A stretch of 64,000 nt of DNA, taken from Lama glama. Lineage: Eukaryota. Positions within the stretch are counted from its first letter, which is position 1. Every line of letters starts with the position of its first letter. The notes below the pieces were generated by a model, which saw nothing but the letters and a program-made list of their open reading frames with translations, ran no database searches and had not been told where the DNA came from. The position numbers and the translations under genes are program-made. Location: NCBI GenBank assembly GCA_028534125.1, contig CM052816.1, positions 33,358,001-33,422,000 of the forward strand, in the 5' to 3' direction. Positions 35,021 through 49,169 of the stretch are shown here, one piece after another.

Positions 35021-37499
35021 TGGTACCACTACTACTAAGATAATTATTATTAGTGTGTTCCAATTGTATAATCTTCTCAAGATTCTTTCTTTTTTCAGTT
35101 TTCTAATAGAATAGAGTACAAGCATTTAGTTCCTTTACTAAATGGCCCATTAGATGGATAAACAGAAGGTATGAATGATGTGAATCAGTGTGTAACAAAG
35201 CTCTTCCTCAGTGAAGTTCAACTTACAATAAGATGGCATTTCAGCAGGATCCAGAGCCATTAAGCCTTGAGTATAGCTAAGTTTCTGTAACAGTAATTTC
35301 ACAGGCAAAAGTTTGGAAGATAATTTAAAAGTTAAATATTGTGTTTTGGGATAGGTTCCAACATTCAAGGGAACATTTTAAAGAATAAATCACACAGATG
35401 GTCAGAACCTATGGCGTATTCAACATATTATTCACAGAAATGTAAATGTTTCAAGGTTAAATTTTGAGAAGCAGAATCCAAGACTAGAATGCAAAGTGTA
35501 TGTGTGAGAAATTACCTTTTTCAATATGAATTTTCCCCTGTATCTATCATCACATCAAATTCTATGAAATTAGATATATATTCCAAAACATAGAGCAATA
35601 TGCCATGTACATTTATTTAATTTTAAAGACATTATATTCCATGAAAAGTGCTCTCCTGCAGAGCTGTATTAGCATTATCATTTTTGTAAGTAATGTGATT
35701 CAACAGTGTCTTGAATTATTAAATGTATTCGAAGCCCTATTATCTTTTAGAAACCAAGGATAAAAGGCCAGTTCCAAAATAGTCCCAGCATTCAGAATGC
35801 TTGAATCCTAAACAAGTTTTCATAAACAACTGGATTCAAGTCAATGAATAAACACTATGCCTGTTATATGTAATGAATACAAAGGGGTATATGGGGTATA
35901 TGTGCATGTGAGGTGGTAGTGGAGGGCAGAGGGAAAGGATAGTAGATAAGATGAACAAGTCATTATTCCTGCCTATTTCAGGAGCCGGGTCCATGTACAA
36001 CTACCTATAATACAGTGTGGTTAGTGCTTCATGATAGTGGTAGAAAGTGCCATGAGAGTCCAGGGAAGAAAACAGTTTGTTGAAATTCTAAATATATATA
36101 TCTCAGGAAGATAAAAAGTTAACAATGAGAACAAATATATGCATTTAGCTTCAGAATTTATTACTATTTATTACAGGTGAGTGAAGGAGGGAGGTAGAAC
36201 CTTAGAGTCGAGTCCAGAAGCTCTCTAAGAATTGGACTAGGGAGTCATAGAATCAAAACAGTCCAAATGGTCCATCTGTTTGGCCTAAAGAGACAAGTGC
36301 AGAAAATTATCAAAAGCCCGTAAGACTGCTTAGCTTAATGGACTTTTGTACAGATTGAAACTTAAAGGACCCAGAATCCCAAAGACCAATAAGGAAGACT
36401 TACACAGATACCTGGCAATATGGACAGGCTTAGACTGGGAGTTTAAACAGCTTTTGTTCCACTGTTGCTACAACCTCTCCAAGCTTTTGTGCACAACTGT
36501 AAATGGGGGAAATGCTAATGCTGTTTACCTCATAGGAAAAGAGCTGTGAAAACTCACATGCATCTGCTCAAGTTACTTAGCTTCAAGGAAAAGAAGAGAT
36601 TCTTAGACATCTCAGTAGAAGAAAGTAGATCATCTCTAAGAAGGGAAATATCAAGTTGATGTCAGATTTCTACAAGGTAGCTTTCAGTGCAAGGATATTA
36701 CAGAGGAATGGGTATAGACCCTTGGGGTTAGGACCAAGGGTCCCATTAATGTTACAATAGATTCTGTAAGTATAAAGTGATCACAAAAGTCATGAAAGAA
36801 CCTGAGGAATATATTGTTGCTACGTCCTTCTGGGAACAGAAAGAAACAAGTAAACCCAAAGCAAAACAAACAAACAAACAAAACCCCAACTACTTGGATG
36901 AATAAATCCAGCCAACTAAAAATAGAAAGACAAAAACTGTGGTAAGGGGCTGGTGATGGGCATCTAGTCCATTTAAATGTAGAACCCAAACAAACAAGTA
37001 AGATGCAGACTATTAATGATGTAAACCATACCAATGTAAAACAGAGATGTAACAAGAAAGAATTTGAAGGTGGAGGTCAATGGAAGGAAGTAGATGGGTA
37101 TTAATTTCCTTATCTTTTTCAGTGGAGAGATAATATATACTGCTGAAGTTTAATAAAATATAGAGGTTGAAGGATATTGTTTAAAGCTGTAAAAGGAATC
37201 ACCAGAGAACTAAAACTATAAATGCACATACAAGCTCACTAAAATAAAAACAAAGAAAAAAATTTTCCATGTATATTAAATAGTTATTGAACAAACAAAT
37301 TGGATTAAACAAACAAAGATGGATCAAACTGATAAGTGTGGATTAAAGAGCTATTAAACTAAGAAAAGGACAAGAATAAAACAAAAATCTATAAAAGTAT
37401 TTTAAGAGTTAATATATGGTTATAAGTATATACATAGAAAGAGAGAGGAAGGGAGAGAGAGAGAATATGATAGGATCTCCTAAGAAAGATATAAAACAT

Positions 37500-38130
37500 A
37501 AAATCTTAGAACTTATGGAAAAAAACCCTTACCAATTTGATTCTCTCAAAAGAAAATTATTCAAGACAACATAAACAATCAAACCAAGGAGAAAACATTT
37601 ACTGTATCTATCCATCTGTCTATATGATATATATTATATATAAAGATATATGTAAAATATTATACATATATGATAAAGATTAAAATTTGAACGTATATAG
37701 AGCTCCTACATACCAACAAGAGAAAGACACAAAAAATACATAAACAGCACTGAAAAAAGCAAAGAACAGAAACAAGAATACAATGATCATAACTGGTCAC
37801 AAGCACATGCTGGCAAAGAAGCAGAGTCAAACTATGAGCAGTACTGTAGACTGGTAAAGCCTTGTAATTTAGCAGCAACCATAAAAAAAGTAAAATAAAG
37901 ATATTCTTTGTCTGACAGAAGCCACTTCTTGGAATGCATCTTAAAGAAATAATTTTACTTGTGCATAAATATGCCTACAAGGATATTTATTATTATATTA
38001 TTTACAATTTTTAAAATTGGAAAAATCTTAAATAAACATGTGGGAAATGGATAAATAAATTATAGAACCCACAGTATGAAAAACCATGTAGCAATTAAAA
38101 GAATGAAGACAATCCACTGGCACTAAAATA
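37500..38130 (+). mobile_element. Old L1 (L1ME-like) 3' region, interrupted by an LTR and resuming at about 38627-38700
   Basis: ccacttcttggaatgcatcttaaagaaataat...ggaaatggataaataaattatag...gcaattaaaagaatgaag. Confidence 0.6.
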
Positions 38131-38626
38131 TGATAGAATTATGGTCCCAAAGAAGACTCCATGCTCCAATCCCCGGGACTGTGAACATGCCATGTAAAAT
38201 GGCAAAGGGTCTTTGCAGGTGTAGTTAGGTTAACTAGTCACTGTTGTCTTAAAATAGAGATTATACTGGGTTATCCAGATGGGCCCAGTGTAATTGCATG
38301 AGCCAAAAGCAGAAGAGGAAGGCAGAAGAGTCAGTTAAACAGATACAAAGCAAAAGAAGGATTTGATGTGCTATTGCAGGTGTGAAGATGGAGGACAAAT
38401 GTCAAAGGCAACCACAGGGAACTGCCAACAAACTGAATAAGCTTGGAAGTGGATTCTTCCCCAGAGCCTCCAGAGAGAGGTGCAGCCCTGTGGATGACTT
38501 GATTTTGGAATTGTGAGAATCTGGTCATGCTATGCCTAATCTACAGAACTGGGAGATAATATATGGTGCTGTTTTCAGCGTTCAAGTTTGCGGTAATTTT
38601 TGGTGTAGCAATAGAAAACTAATATA
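38131..38626 (+). mobile_element. MaLR LTR (MLT1D/E-like)
   Basis: atccccgggactgtgaacatg...ggcaaagggtctttgcaggtgt...gcttggaagtggattcttccccagagcctccag...tagcaatagaaaactaata. Confidence 0.85.
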
Positions 38627-39172
38627 TACATGGAAAAAAATTCTAAGGCACATTATTAACGGAAAAATTACAGAGCAATATGAAAAAACAAATGTGTGTA
38701 AGTACACTGCATATTTTCTTTTTCGTGTGTGCCAAGATGCCACACATAGCCTCAGCCACAGCCATCATTTCTTCTTTTTGACCATTGACCTGTGTTTCAG
38801 CTTGTTTTCTATGCTATGGAAAATAGTTTTGAAAATCTTTGAAAATACTCGTTGTGGCTAATGCTCTGAAGTAGCTGAACTGATTTCCTAACATGTAAGA
38901 AAAATGGAAAAAAGCAGGAGAAAATGATGGAAGAGCATGAGAACACAAATTAAGTGCTACACAATAAAAAACAAACCAACCAAAACACTTGTCAGTAAAT
39001 AAACCTTTGACAGGCCTGAAAACCAATGATATTCAAGTTTACCCCTGTATTTGGGTCAAACTTTGGATTACTAATTTACTTTCCTATAGAATCCATATTT
39101 TGACTTGATTAGATTGAATATGTGAGAAAACTAATGCATCACATCTTGATCATATGAGTAGGTTGGTCTGGG

Positions 39173-39764
39173 TATAAAAGGCAGAATTCTAAGAATGACC
39201 CCTCTATGAAATTAGCTCTGACATTATTTTAAATGCCCTCCCCTTTGAGTATGGGTGGAATCTATGAATATGATGAGGCAGCATTCCTAGGATTATATTA
39301 ACTTACATGACAAAAAAGAGAGTGTTCAGATAGGTTTAATCAAATCACATGTACCCTTGAAAAGTACAGAGCTTTTTCTGGCTGGCAGCAGCAAAGGAAG
39401 TCAGGGATTTGAAGCACGGTAACTTTGAAGATGGAGGGAGGCATGTGCCAAGGAATGAGGCAGCCTTTAGGAGCTGAGAGAAGCCCCTGGCTGACAAGCA
39501 GTGAGGAAATAGGGACTTTGGTCAAACAACTACATGCAAGTGAATTTGGCCAACAACCCAAATGAGCTTGGAAGCAGATTCTTCTCCAGAGCCTCCACAT
39601 AAGAGCCTGGACAACCAATAACTTGGTTTCTACCTTGTAAGACTCTAAGCAGAGAACATACTAGAGTCCACTGGACATCAGACCTGCAAAGCTGAGAGAT
39701 AACGAGTTGTTCTAAGCAGTTAAATTTGAGGCAATTTGTTAGTCAGGAGTAGAAAAATAATACA
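39173..39764 (+). mobile_element. MaLR LTR (MLT1E-like)
   Basis: gcagaattctaagaatgacccc...cctccctttgagtatgggtggaa...gagcttggaagcagattcttctccagagcctcca...agaaaaataataca. Confidence 0.85.
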
Positions 39765-40405
39765 CTGGGTATTTTGCAGTTAGTAAATGGTGAACTGAAT
39801 AACATAAATACAAACTCTTGGCACACAAGTGTGATGTATCTCTCATTGACTTCACAGTGGTAGGGACTAAATATATGCTCAATAAATATTTTTAGTTTGG
39901 TTAGGTGGTGAGTAAATGCATGAAAATGAACAATCTTTTATCAAGTAACTCTTCTAACAAATTATTTATGGAATGTCCATATGTATCTGAACGTTGGGCA
40001 TAGTACAAAGAGGTCCAAGATCTCAGGGAATTTATATTCTAGCTTCAAATAGGAGCTCAAAATTCCAGGGACTAGTTTCTCATATTGGAGCAATGGGTCA
40101 TTGAAGCACCATAAATGAAGGCTCATAGAGAGAGAGGATCATGAGGTCAGCATGGGGACTTTCCAGGCAGGACTTTGAGGGCCATGCACAGAGGATGAGT
40201 GTGACAAGGAGACTACGGAGGGTTAAGGGGGGAAATGCTGTGATATGATGTATACTTTTTTATAAATCAGAAAGGATCCTAAACATTCAAAGAAAGTCTT
40301 TTAAATATCACAGATAAATGTGAAGAAAACTGATCACTACAGAGATGCCAATGCAATAATCTCCAACTTGCAGGTATGCTGTATCCAATTTAGAGCTGGA
40401 AGTTA

Positions 40406-41298
40406 CAGTGCCCCTCTTATTTGTAGCGGATATGTGTCAAGACCCGCAGTGGATGCCTGAAACCATGAATAGTACCAAGCCCTATATATACTGTTTTTCC
40501 TATACCCACATACCTATGAAAAGTTTAGTTTATAAATTAGGCAAAGTAAGAGATTAACAATCACTAACAATAAAATAGAATAATTATAATGATACACTGT
40601 AATAAAAGTTATGTGAATATGGTCTCTCTTAAAATGATTTTTTTATTGCATAGAAACTCTAGTCTGTTTCTTTAATTACTTTATCTCTCTCAAAATAACT
40701 TACTGTAAAAATTTAATGCCTTTTCCATCTTAAGCACTTTTCACACATTGTGGCCATGATTTTTGCAGTTTGAGGGGCTATAGAAAACTAGCATTAATTT
40801 CTTTTTTCCTTCTTCACAATTTCAGGCATAGAAGATTCATCCTTACCATAGATCTCAGTAACCTCAGCACACTTGTTTTTCTTTTCTTTCCTTATTAAGC
40901 CAAGAACTTTCACCTTTTCACTTAAAGGAGGCACTTTATGGCTCTCTTTGGCATACCCAAATTACCAACATCACTATTCTTGTGCTTTAAAGGGAGCCAT
41001 TACCAAGTAAAATAGGGATTACTTGAACACAAGCACTGCGATACTGTGACAGTCGATCTGATAACCTAGGTGGCAACTAAGCAACTAGTGGGATATGCTG
41101 AACAAAGGGATGAGTCATATCCTGAGCGGGATGGAGCCAGATAGCGCAAGATTTCACCACACTACTCAGAATGGCAAGCAATTTAAAACTACAAGTTGTT
41201 TACTCCTGGAATTTTCCACTTAATATTATCAGATCACAGTTGACTGTGGGTAACTGAAACCAAGCATGGCAAAACCTCAGATATGGGGGGGGCTACTG
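40406..41298. mobile_element. Tc1/mariner Tigger2-family non-autonomous element (893 bp)
   Basis: TA|cagtgcccctcttat...atatggggggggctactg|TA, i.e. imperfect TIRs with a TA target duplication. Internal cagtggatgcctgaaacc...aataaaagttatgtgaat matches Tigger2/MER8/MER28. Confidence 0.85.
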
Positions 41299-42203
41299 TA
41301 CTTTCAACTCAACATATACTGCAACATAAAGAAAACAAAGGACAGATAAATGTGACTCACCCTTGTCTACATTCCAAGTTATGTATGTATATACTACCCA
41401 TTTTCTTGGTGTATCATTTGCCAATATAATCAGGCAACTAATACATAACTTTTAAAACTCTTGGAATGTTCTATTAATAAAATCTGAGTTTTGACTATTT
41501 TTAGGTGTCCAGAGCACAGATAAGCAGTCATCTACTTAATCTATCAACTGCTTATAACATAGTAGGCAGAGCCCTGACATTCCAGAAGAATTTTATGGAT
41601 TGATGATATATAGGGAACGATTTCCTTGGAAAAAAATAAGCAGCAAAATAACTAACTGGGAGGAAAGACTGAGATCAGAAATCATGGAAGATTAGTATTA
41701 AATATATGGCATGTAAAATGCATTAAAATTACATCACACTTCTTTCAATGAGCCAAAAATAAAGAGGATATTCACAGAAGGGCCTTAGATTACATTTACA
41801 AAAAGCAGAAAAATAAAGTGAGACACTAGAATAAAGAAGTGTGTTCCTGTCCTAGGCCAAGAAGACATTTTGAAAACTCTGCGGTTACTGAAATCTTTTT
41901 TAAAAATAGGCAAAGAAGTTAATAATTGTTAGGGTATCCAACACTGCATATATTGCAATGGTGTTTCCATTTCTTTAGCTCTTTGGATGGTGATTGATTC
42001 TCTGCAATTTACGAAGTAAAGAGAGGAGAGGAGAGAAAGAAGGAAGAAGGGAAAGAGGATGAAAGTGGGGAGGGGAATAAACAGATATATTAAGGGGATG
42101 GTTGCACTTAGATGTATTAAAAATTCTGTGTATTTTTCTTTTTTGTAGTCACAACATCTGAGCTTCCAACTGGCATTCAGTGAATTGAGGCTAGTGCCAA
42201 TTA

Positions 42204-42566
42204 GTCAATGGACTAAATGTTTTGTGTCTACCCAGAATTCATATGTGAAGCCCTAATCCCCAATGTGATGGAGGTGAAGTCTTTAGAGCTAACTAGATTC
42301 GGATGAGGTCTTGAGGATGGAGCCCCCATGATAGGATTAAGGCCCTTATAAGAAGATGAAGAGACCAGAGCTTGCTGTCTCTCTCGTGAGGACACAGCAA
42401 GAAGGTCGTAGTCTATAAATTAGAATAGAGCCCTCACTAAGAATCTGACCATGTTGGCATCCTCATCTGAGATTTTTAACCTCCGGAACTATGAGGAATA
42501 AATGTTTTTTGTTCAAGACACCCAATCTGTGGTATTCTGTTATAGCAGCCTGAACAGGTTAATACA
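42204..42566 (+). mobile_element. MaLR solo LTR, MLT1A-like
   Basis: aattcatatgtgaagccctaatccccaatgtgatg...ctgtggtattctgttatagcagcctgaac...aataca. Clearly homologous to 2024-2362. Confidence 0.85.
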
Positions 42567-43149
42567 CCTACAAAGAACTGCCCTGCCCAAATGAAACTAG
42601 TGTTCCTGTTGTTTCCATTGAGAAACTCTGCATTTTAACCAAAGTGAATAAACTGGATTTTTGTGCACATTCCTTATTCAGAAACTATATATATACACTT
42701 GAGAATGGACTGAAGAGAGTGACTAAAACAGGAAAACAAAGCTAACGTTCTGTTTCCATGACCAGTGCAATGTATAGGCTATGACCTAGGCCTATGCTTA
42801 TTTGTTAACTTGACATCTCCATTGAATTCTATATTTCTCATTTATGAAGCAGGCAAAATACTTTGTAAAATTTTTGTAAAATTTGTTCTTAAATTATTTA
42901 ATAATACTAAAATCAAAATTCCATGTTCAACGAATAAAGTTAACAGAATATTATTACAATGTTGCCTGAAAGTTCTTTTTCTGGCCCAGAAATAAAAAAA
43001 AATTCTACCTGACTCTTTCAGAGAATTGTTCATTATCTCCCACACTACTTCTGAATTAACCGTTCCCAAAATAAAAATTGTCTTCATAATTACATGACAG
43101 TAAAGCAGTTCCCAGTATCACACACAAACTCCACGATGACAGTGAGACA

Positions 43150-43310
43150 GAAAAACGACCTTTCCTCCCTTGGTTCTCCTTTTATTAAGGGAAAACTTGT
43201 CCCAGAACTCACAAGCAGACAGCCCCTCAGAACTCATCGGCCAGGGCCAGGTCATATGCCCTTGCCTAGCTGCAAAGGAGGCTGGGAAAAAAGTTCTGGC
43301 ATTTTCCATG
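43150..43310 (-). mobile_element. Old MaLR LTR fragment (MLT1J/K/L-like)
   Basis: ctcatcggccagggccaggtcatatgcccttgcctagctgcaaaggaggctgggaaa. Confidence 0.55.
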
Positions 43311-43605
43311 CTTTAAAAAATAGATTGGTTCTGTCAACAAGAAATAAGAGGTCAGGTGGAAGAAGGCTTAAGTGTGCCAAATAATGTAAAGTTAAATAAC
43401 TATATATTTCTCATTAAACCTATAAATGTTATCAAGCATAGTACTTGGTACTAAATACAAGGTAGTAATTTTTTTTATTACTATTGCACTTGTTTCAGTT
43501 TTACTGACCTCTTAGAATCATTAGTAAAGACTATGAAGATTTTAGAAGATTCTGTGAATAGAAACAGAAACTTTGAGAATTTATTTTTGTTTTCAAGTAA
43601 TTTCC

Positions 43606-44945
43606 TGTACCATTTATTAAGCTATTGTTTCTCAATTTTAAATCTATCCTCTATAGTTCACTTTGTGAAGCTGGAACTTGAGCTACAAGTCACACTTTTC
43701 CTCCTTTTGCTGCTTCCTATTTGGCTCTGCTATTAGAGCGCACTAGGGAGAGAGTAGAAGGCTTAAAGAGGATGAAGGGACTTGCTCCCTTTCTGAGTCT
43801 GTCTTTTTGATTGTTCTTCCCATGTACCCTAGAAACACTTTATCATGCTGAGAGCAGCTGCCATTTCCAGTTTGCAGTTTTTCCAAAGCTCATAGAACCA
43901 ATCCCAGTGTCCTCTTAAGCACACCAGCACTAGCTGGCTAGAACACCATTCTTAAGGTCTGAGTGCCAGCTTCATGAGCAATTCTTCTTGAGCTCAGAAA
44001 TGAGAAACCAGCACGAGCCAAGCAGTGAGCCTTCACACAGGTCTACCGAGCACCTCCTTTAAGTTTCTAAGTATTTTTTAATTTTTAAAAATTTTTGTTA
44101 CTTTAAAATTTAATTTAATTTTAAATTGAAGTACAGTCAGTTTACAGTGTTGTGCCGATTTCTGGTGTACAGCATAATGTTTCAGTCATATATACATTTG
44201 TGTTCATTTTCTTTTTTATTATAGTTACTACAAGATATTGAATATAGTTTCCTGTGCTATACAGAAGAAATTTTTTAAAAATCTATTTTTATATATAGTG
44301 GTTAACATTTGTAAATCTCTAACTCCCAAATTTATTCCTCCCCACCTCCTTTCCCCAGTAACCATAAGATTGTTTACTATGACTGTGAGTCTGTCTCAGT
44401 TTTGTAGATGAGTTCATAGAGTCCTTTTTCTTTCCTCTTTTTTAGATTCCACATATGAGTGATATCATATGCTATCTTTCTTTCTCTTTCTGGCTTACTT
44501 CACTTAGTAAGATGATATCCAGGTCCATCCATGTTGCTGCAAACAGCATTATTTTACTCTTTTTATGGCTGAGTAATAATCCATTGTATAAATATATGAC
44601 AGCTTCTTTACCCAGTCATCTGTTGATGGACATTTTGGTTGTTTCCATGTCTTGACTATTGTAAATAGTGCTACTATCAACACTGGGGTGCACGTATCTT
44701 TTTGAATTAGAGTTCCCTCTGGATATATGCCATGAGTGGGACTGCTGGATCATACGGTAAGTCTGTTTTTAAGTTTTTTGTAAACTTCTAAGTTTTAATC
44801 ATCTCAACCTCTTCATTTGGTTTTCTCAGTCCAAGAGGTGGCTTCTTCCCAAAGCTGCCACCTCTGCAATACCTTAGCTTAGTGTTCCCATTTTGCCTTT
44901 CCAGTTCTTCAATATCAAGTCATCAGTTCTTTACCAATTGATTCT
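43606..44945 (+). mobile_element. ERVL LTR33-like LTR, split by an L1 insertion
   Basis: ctttgtgaagctggaac...tattagagcgcactagggagagag on the left. gctgccacctctgcaatacctt...cccattttgcctttccagttcttcaata on the right of the L1. Confidence 0.6.
44073..44780 (-). mobile_element. 5'-truncated lineage-specific L1 (about 0.7 kb of 3' end)
   Basis: T-rich tail, then aattgaagtacagtcagtttacagtgttgtg...tagattccacatatgagtgatatcat...gactgctggatcatacggt. TSD taagtttctaagt / taaacttctaagt. Confidence 0.9.
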
Positions 44946-47009
44946 CTAACCTACTAAATATGTTCTTTTTTTAGGGGAAATTACAGGTTTTTAAAGATTT
45001 ACCCAAAGGAGCTTATACTATTTCATGTTTGTCTGCATCCTTATAATAATTTCCATTTCCTATTTTTCTTCAATGTTCAGATACTATATTGGTTTCTATA
45101 ATTTTAAACAGTTAGATGCTTTTGTTTGCAGTTCTTCACTCCCATCACCATTACATTTAAAACAATTCAATCCAAAAATCTATGTGCTGGGATAGTAGAC
45201 ATATTTAATAGTTCTTCAACCATCTCCTTGTATTTTATTCATTTCAGTATGTACTCTATACAACTTTCTTTAGGCTCTAAGTTCATGGCGTTGAAATTAA
45301 GACATACCCAAGAGAACTGTTGCTAGAAAAAGAGGGAAGGTCACATCAGGGGTGAAAAAAGAGAAAGACTGTGATTTTTTTCAAAATAGAGAAAATAGTT
45401 GGATATTAATGGTGACAAAGAAAGAACCAGAGGTGGAGGCAACAGTGAGCTGCCAGAAGAGATGAAATATTCTCTGGTTATCTTTATAAGTAAATGGAAA
45501 AGGAGGGCTTTAAGATTTGGCACTGTGCTTTATGATAGATGACATCATGTGTCTTCTCGAATGTCCAGATTGACTAGATCATCTAACTTGAGACTATCTG
45601 GAATTCATTTCAAGAAGACAGGATACTCAAGAAAGCTTAAGGATCTGCACTCAAAGGCTAACTGAACGAATTTAAACCCAAAGAGGGAAACGTCTTTCAT
45701 ACTCACTTTAAAAGCTTTCAAAAATGCTATTTAAAGCTAAAAAGCATAAGGAGCACGATTACAGTCAAATACTGTGTAATATTTAGGGCAAGAACTGGGA
45801 TGAAGTGGGGAGGAAGGAAAGGATTGAAAGATTTGTTGCCTAAGAGGTATAATTATACCTGCAACAGATTTCCTAAGAAATTTTCAATCTTTAAGTTTTC
45901 TCCTTCTGTACTTTCAAAAACTAGTCTAGATATAATCTTAAAAATGTGTTATCCAGAGGAAATGTGAGATATATCACTGATTACTTTGAGTTCCCAACTG
46001 TCCTATTTTTTATAGCTATCTATAGCTACGCAGTTGACAATAAACTATTTCATAAATGCCAGCTACTTCTCATAAGTTTTAAATTGCCTGCTTTCTACCT
46101 GTGAAACACAGAGGGAACTTAATTTAATTTTTTCCCTTTAAGTTAACTCTTAGTTGCAGCAGTTAGAGAAAAATTGATTTCTATAAAACTTCTTTCAAAG
46201 AATGTTTGACTTGAATGTGGTAACCTACTTTCTAAACTGGAGCTTTTGTAGAGCTTTAGCTTTGTGAGTAGGTAAAATAAGACACTTTTTGTTTTAAATT
46301 TAGGGGTACCAATAGGCTAATCCATTTTTGCAGACCTGGAATAGAGTTCCAGGAACTCTATTCTTTCTGTTCTATAGCACCTCAGTTGGCAGCCCTTTTT
46401 TCCCTTAATTGATGTAACTCCAGTAAGTGCAAAGTTCTGATACTGAAATATCCATTTCTCATTCACTGAATCAGAATAAATTTCTCATTTCTCCCAGTCA
46501 GCTATCTGAGATATCACTAAACTGAAGCATGTCCACTGATAAGCCAAAAGAGTCAAAAGCTGACCTAAATGGATAGAGGCAACCAGAAAAAAACATATTG
46601 AAGAGAGTGAGTTTTGAATGAAAGGAAAAGAATTAAATGATAGTAGGCAGCAGAAAAGAATCTCATGAATGGGAGAAAATTATATAGCTTTGTTTCATAT
46701 GAATGGAATAGAAAAATGGTAGTAAGGATATTTTAGTAAATATGTCATCATCTAGAAAGACAAAATATAGAATAGTGCTTTTTTGACTATTTGATAAATT
46801 TTCATTTATTTATTCAGTAAATATTTATTTAGCACTTACTATTGCCATTTGATTTTATTTTAGTACTTAGCTGTGGAGTGCATGTATATACATACATACA
46901 CAGATTCACGTCTAATACTCTGAAACTGAATACACTGAGCCTGAAGTTGCTTATTCTCTTTTCCCTCCTTTTTGAACATTGCTATAACTTCCATATCTTA
47001 TTCTGTCTT

Positions 47010-47160
47010 TTTCACAACTCTGTTAGGTTGAATGTTACACCTATTTCACATGAGGACATTGAGGCTCAGAGGTGTTTAGTGATAGACCCAAGCTTGCATA
47101 TCTAGAAACTGAACCTAGCTCTGTTTGACTCCCAAAGTACTCTTAACTGTTATACTGCCT
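47010..47160 (-). mobile_element. MIR fragment
   Basis: tcacaactctgttagg...tatttcacatgaggacattgaggctcagagg...cccaag. Confidence 0.75.
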
Positions 47161-48833
47161 GCCTGATTTAGGTTAAGTGATAGTGGGCCACTGCCAGCAA
47201 GTCTACCTGAGTAAATAATTTATGATATATAGTAATGAGAAATGAAGTATTAAAATGAGTATTCAATAAAGGCATAAAACTGCCATTACTGAACTCAGAA
47301 GTGACAAAATAAAAACAGCGATTGTAAAAGAGGATTCTCGACATATATTTAGGGATAGGAACTGGAAGAAACTAGAAGTGTTTTTTTTTTTAAAAAAGCA
47401 TGCCAGAAATAGTCATAGCATGACACAGGGAGCAGGATTATGTCATGGACATTTGAAGAAAGATTCAGCTACAGTCAGGAAGGTGGATTTGAGGAGCAAA
47501 GGTAATGGAAGAGCTAAAAATCATTCCCCAGTTGCCAGTGGAAACCAGGAATGGTAAATATATTGCATTTGATGGAGTGGATGTTTTAGGTGTGGTGAGA
47601 AGATGAATTTGATATTCAAAATTTGTAAAATTAGGAACTGCATTGCGTATGTAAAGTTTTATGACATCATCTTCAGCTTTTATTCACCCCAAACTCAAAC
47701 TTTTTTATTCCCCACCATAGCAAAGAGACCAAAATACTTTTATAGGAATTGTTTGGAAAGTCTGGGCTATAAAGCCAATTGAACTTGGTGTTGATAGCTC
47801 AAGAATGGATTTGGTTGGATCACAGTCTGCTACTTCTAGCAGCCTAGTGCAAAGACTGGGAGACTTTTTTTTTTCTTCCACAATTGGTACATAAACTAGT
47901 TAGATATCAGGGTCCATTCTTCCTTCCCTCTCTTCTCTTTTGTTGTAGGTAAAATTCATAGGACTTGTGCTTGTGTCACTGTGGCTGATAACTCAAGATA
48001 CTGAATAATGATTTCAGTTAGAGAGCTGAGTCTGAATAAAAGATTATATCTAATTCTGGCTATATTTTACAGATTTGTCTCTTCCACTGATTCTGACAAA
48101 TATTTCCCTTTGGGCTCCATCCTGTTTGTTCAGAGAATAATTTGTTTGGCTTTGTATTCAATAAATGAATCACCAAAGTAACCTAGCATGTATTAGACAC
48201 CATTAAACATATAGGAAGGTTTTCATCATTGGAGTCTGTTTTACCTAGGCAAATATTTCCTTATTAACTCAATCTAAACAAGCTTCTCAAAATTATATTT
48301 TGTTGTAAATGTGTGAGCATGTTTCCATCATTAACTTACAAAATTTTATCCCAATTAAAAATGTTAACTTGTATTTCTTCTTTTAAAAAAATACAATTGT
48401 CAGAATTTTTCCTTCTAATTTACTCATTTCTTCTCTTGAAAGAAAAATTAATAATCTCTATGCTCCAAGGTCTGTATTTATGACATTTAACCTTTTCTCA
48501 CTTCCTTACCAAACAACAAAAACAATAAACAAACTAAAGAAATTGAAAGAAAGAGAAATGAACAACTACAGGCACCAAAATATGATTTGATTCACAGTAA
48601 CAGAATGGAAATTATTTTGACAAATTTACGGCATTACACAAGAGGACTGCATCTTCCAGAGTTTGAGTAATCAATAGAAAATATAAATTTATTCAACATA
48701 CTTTCTAGTAAATATTTCATACTTCTTATCTATAAGCTTTATAGCTTGTCACAGATACACACTTCTTAAGTGATGATTCTGTAAAAGGAAGCAATTACCA
48801 AGAGTGACACTAGTGCTGTCACTTCATACTTAC

Positions 48834-48906
48834 AGCGACCGCCTCCAGGATTTGTTTGACAGCATCTGCAGCATCTCGTTCACTGTAATATCCCTTTTCC
48901 ACAATC
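48834..48906 (-). CDS. CAMK4: CAMK4 exon 5 (73 nt, phase 2 to 0): (R)IVEKGYYSERDAADAVKQILEAVA
   Basis: Acceptor tttgtttgtttgttttag|GAT and donor GCT|gtaagt. In frame with exon 6. Confidence 0.98.
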
Positions 48907-49169
48907 CTAAAACAAACAAACAAATTAATAAAAACCCATGAAATGCTTCTCAGACACATGCATTCAGTTAAAAGAAGTTAATCAGATTAATGTTAATGAA
49001 GATGTATCTAAACAATTGCAACAGGCTACCATAACACTTGGGGAAAGACGTCCATGAACTAGCACTCTAGAAGTCTTCTGGTTTATTTAGGAAAATGAGA
49101 AACATTACTTTGCTTAGGCTTGAACTATCCATCCTTATCTGAGGACAAAAAAATTCTTTCCTTTTAAAC

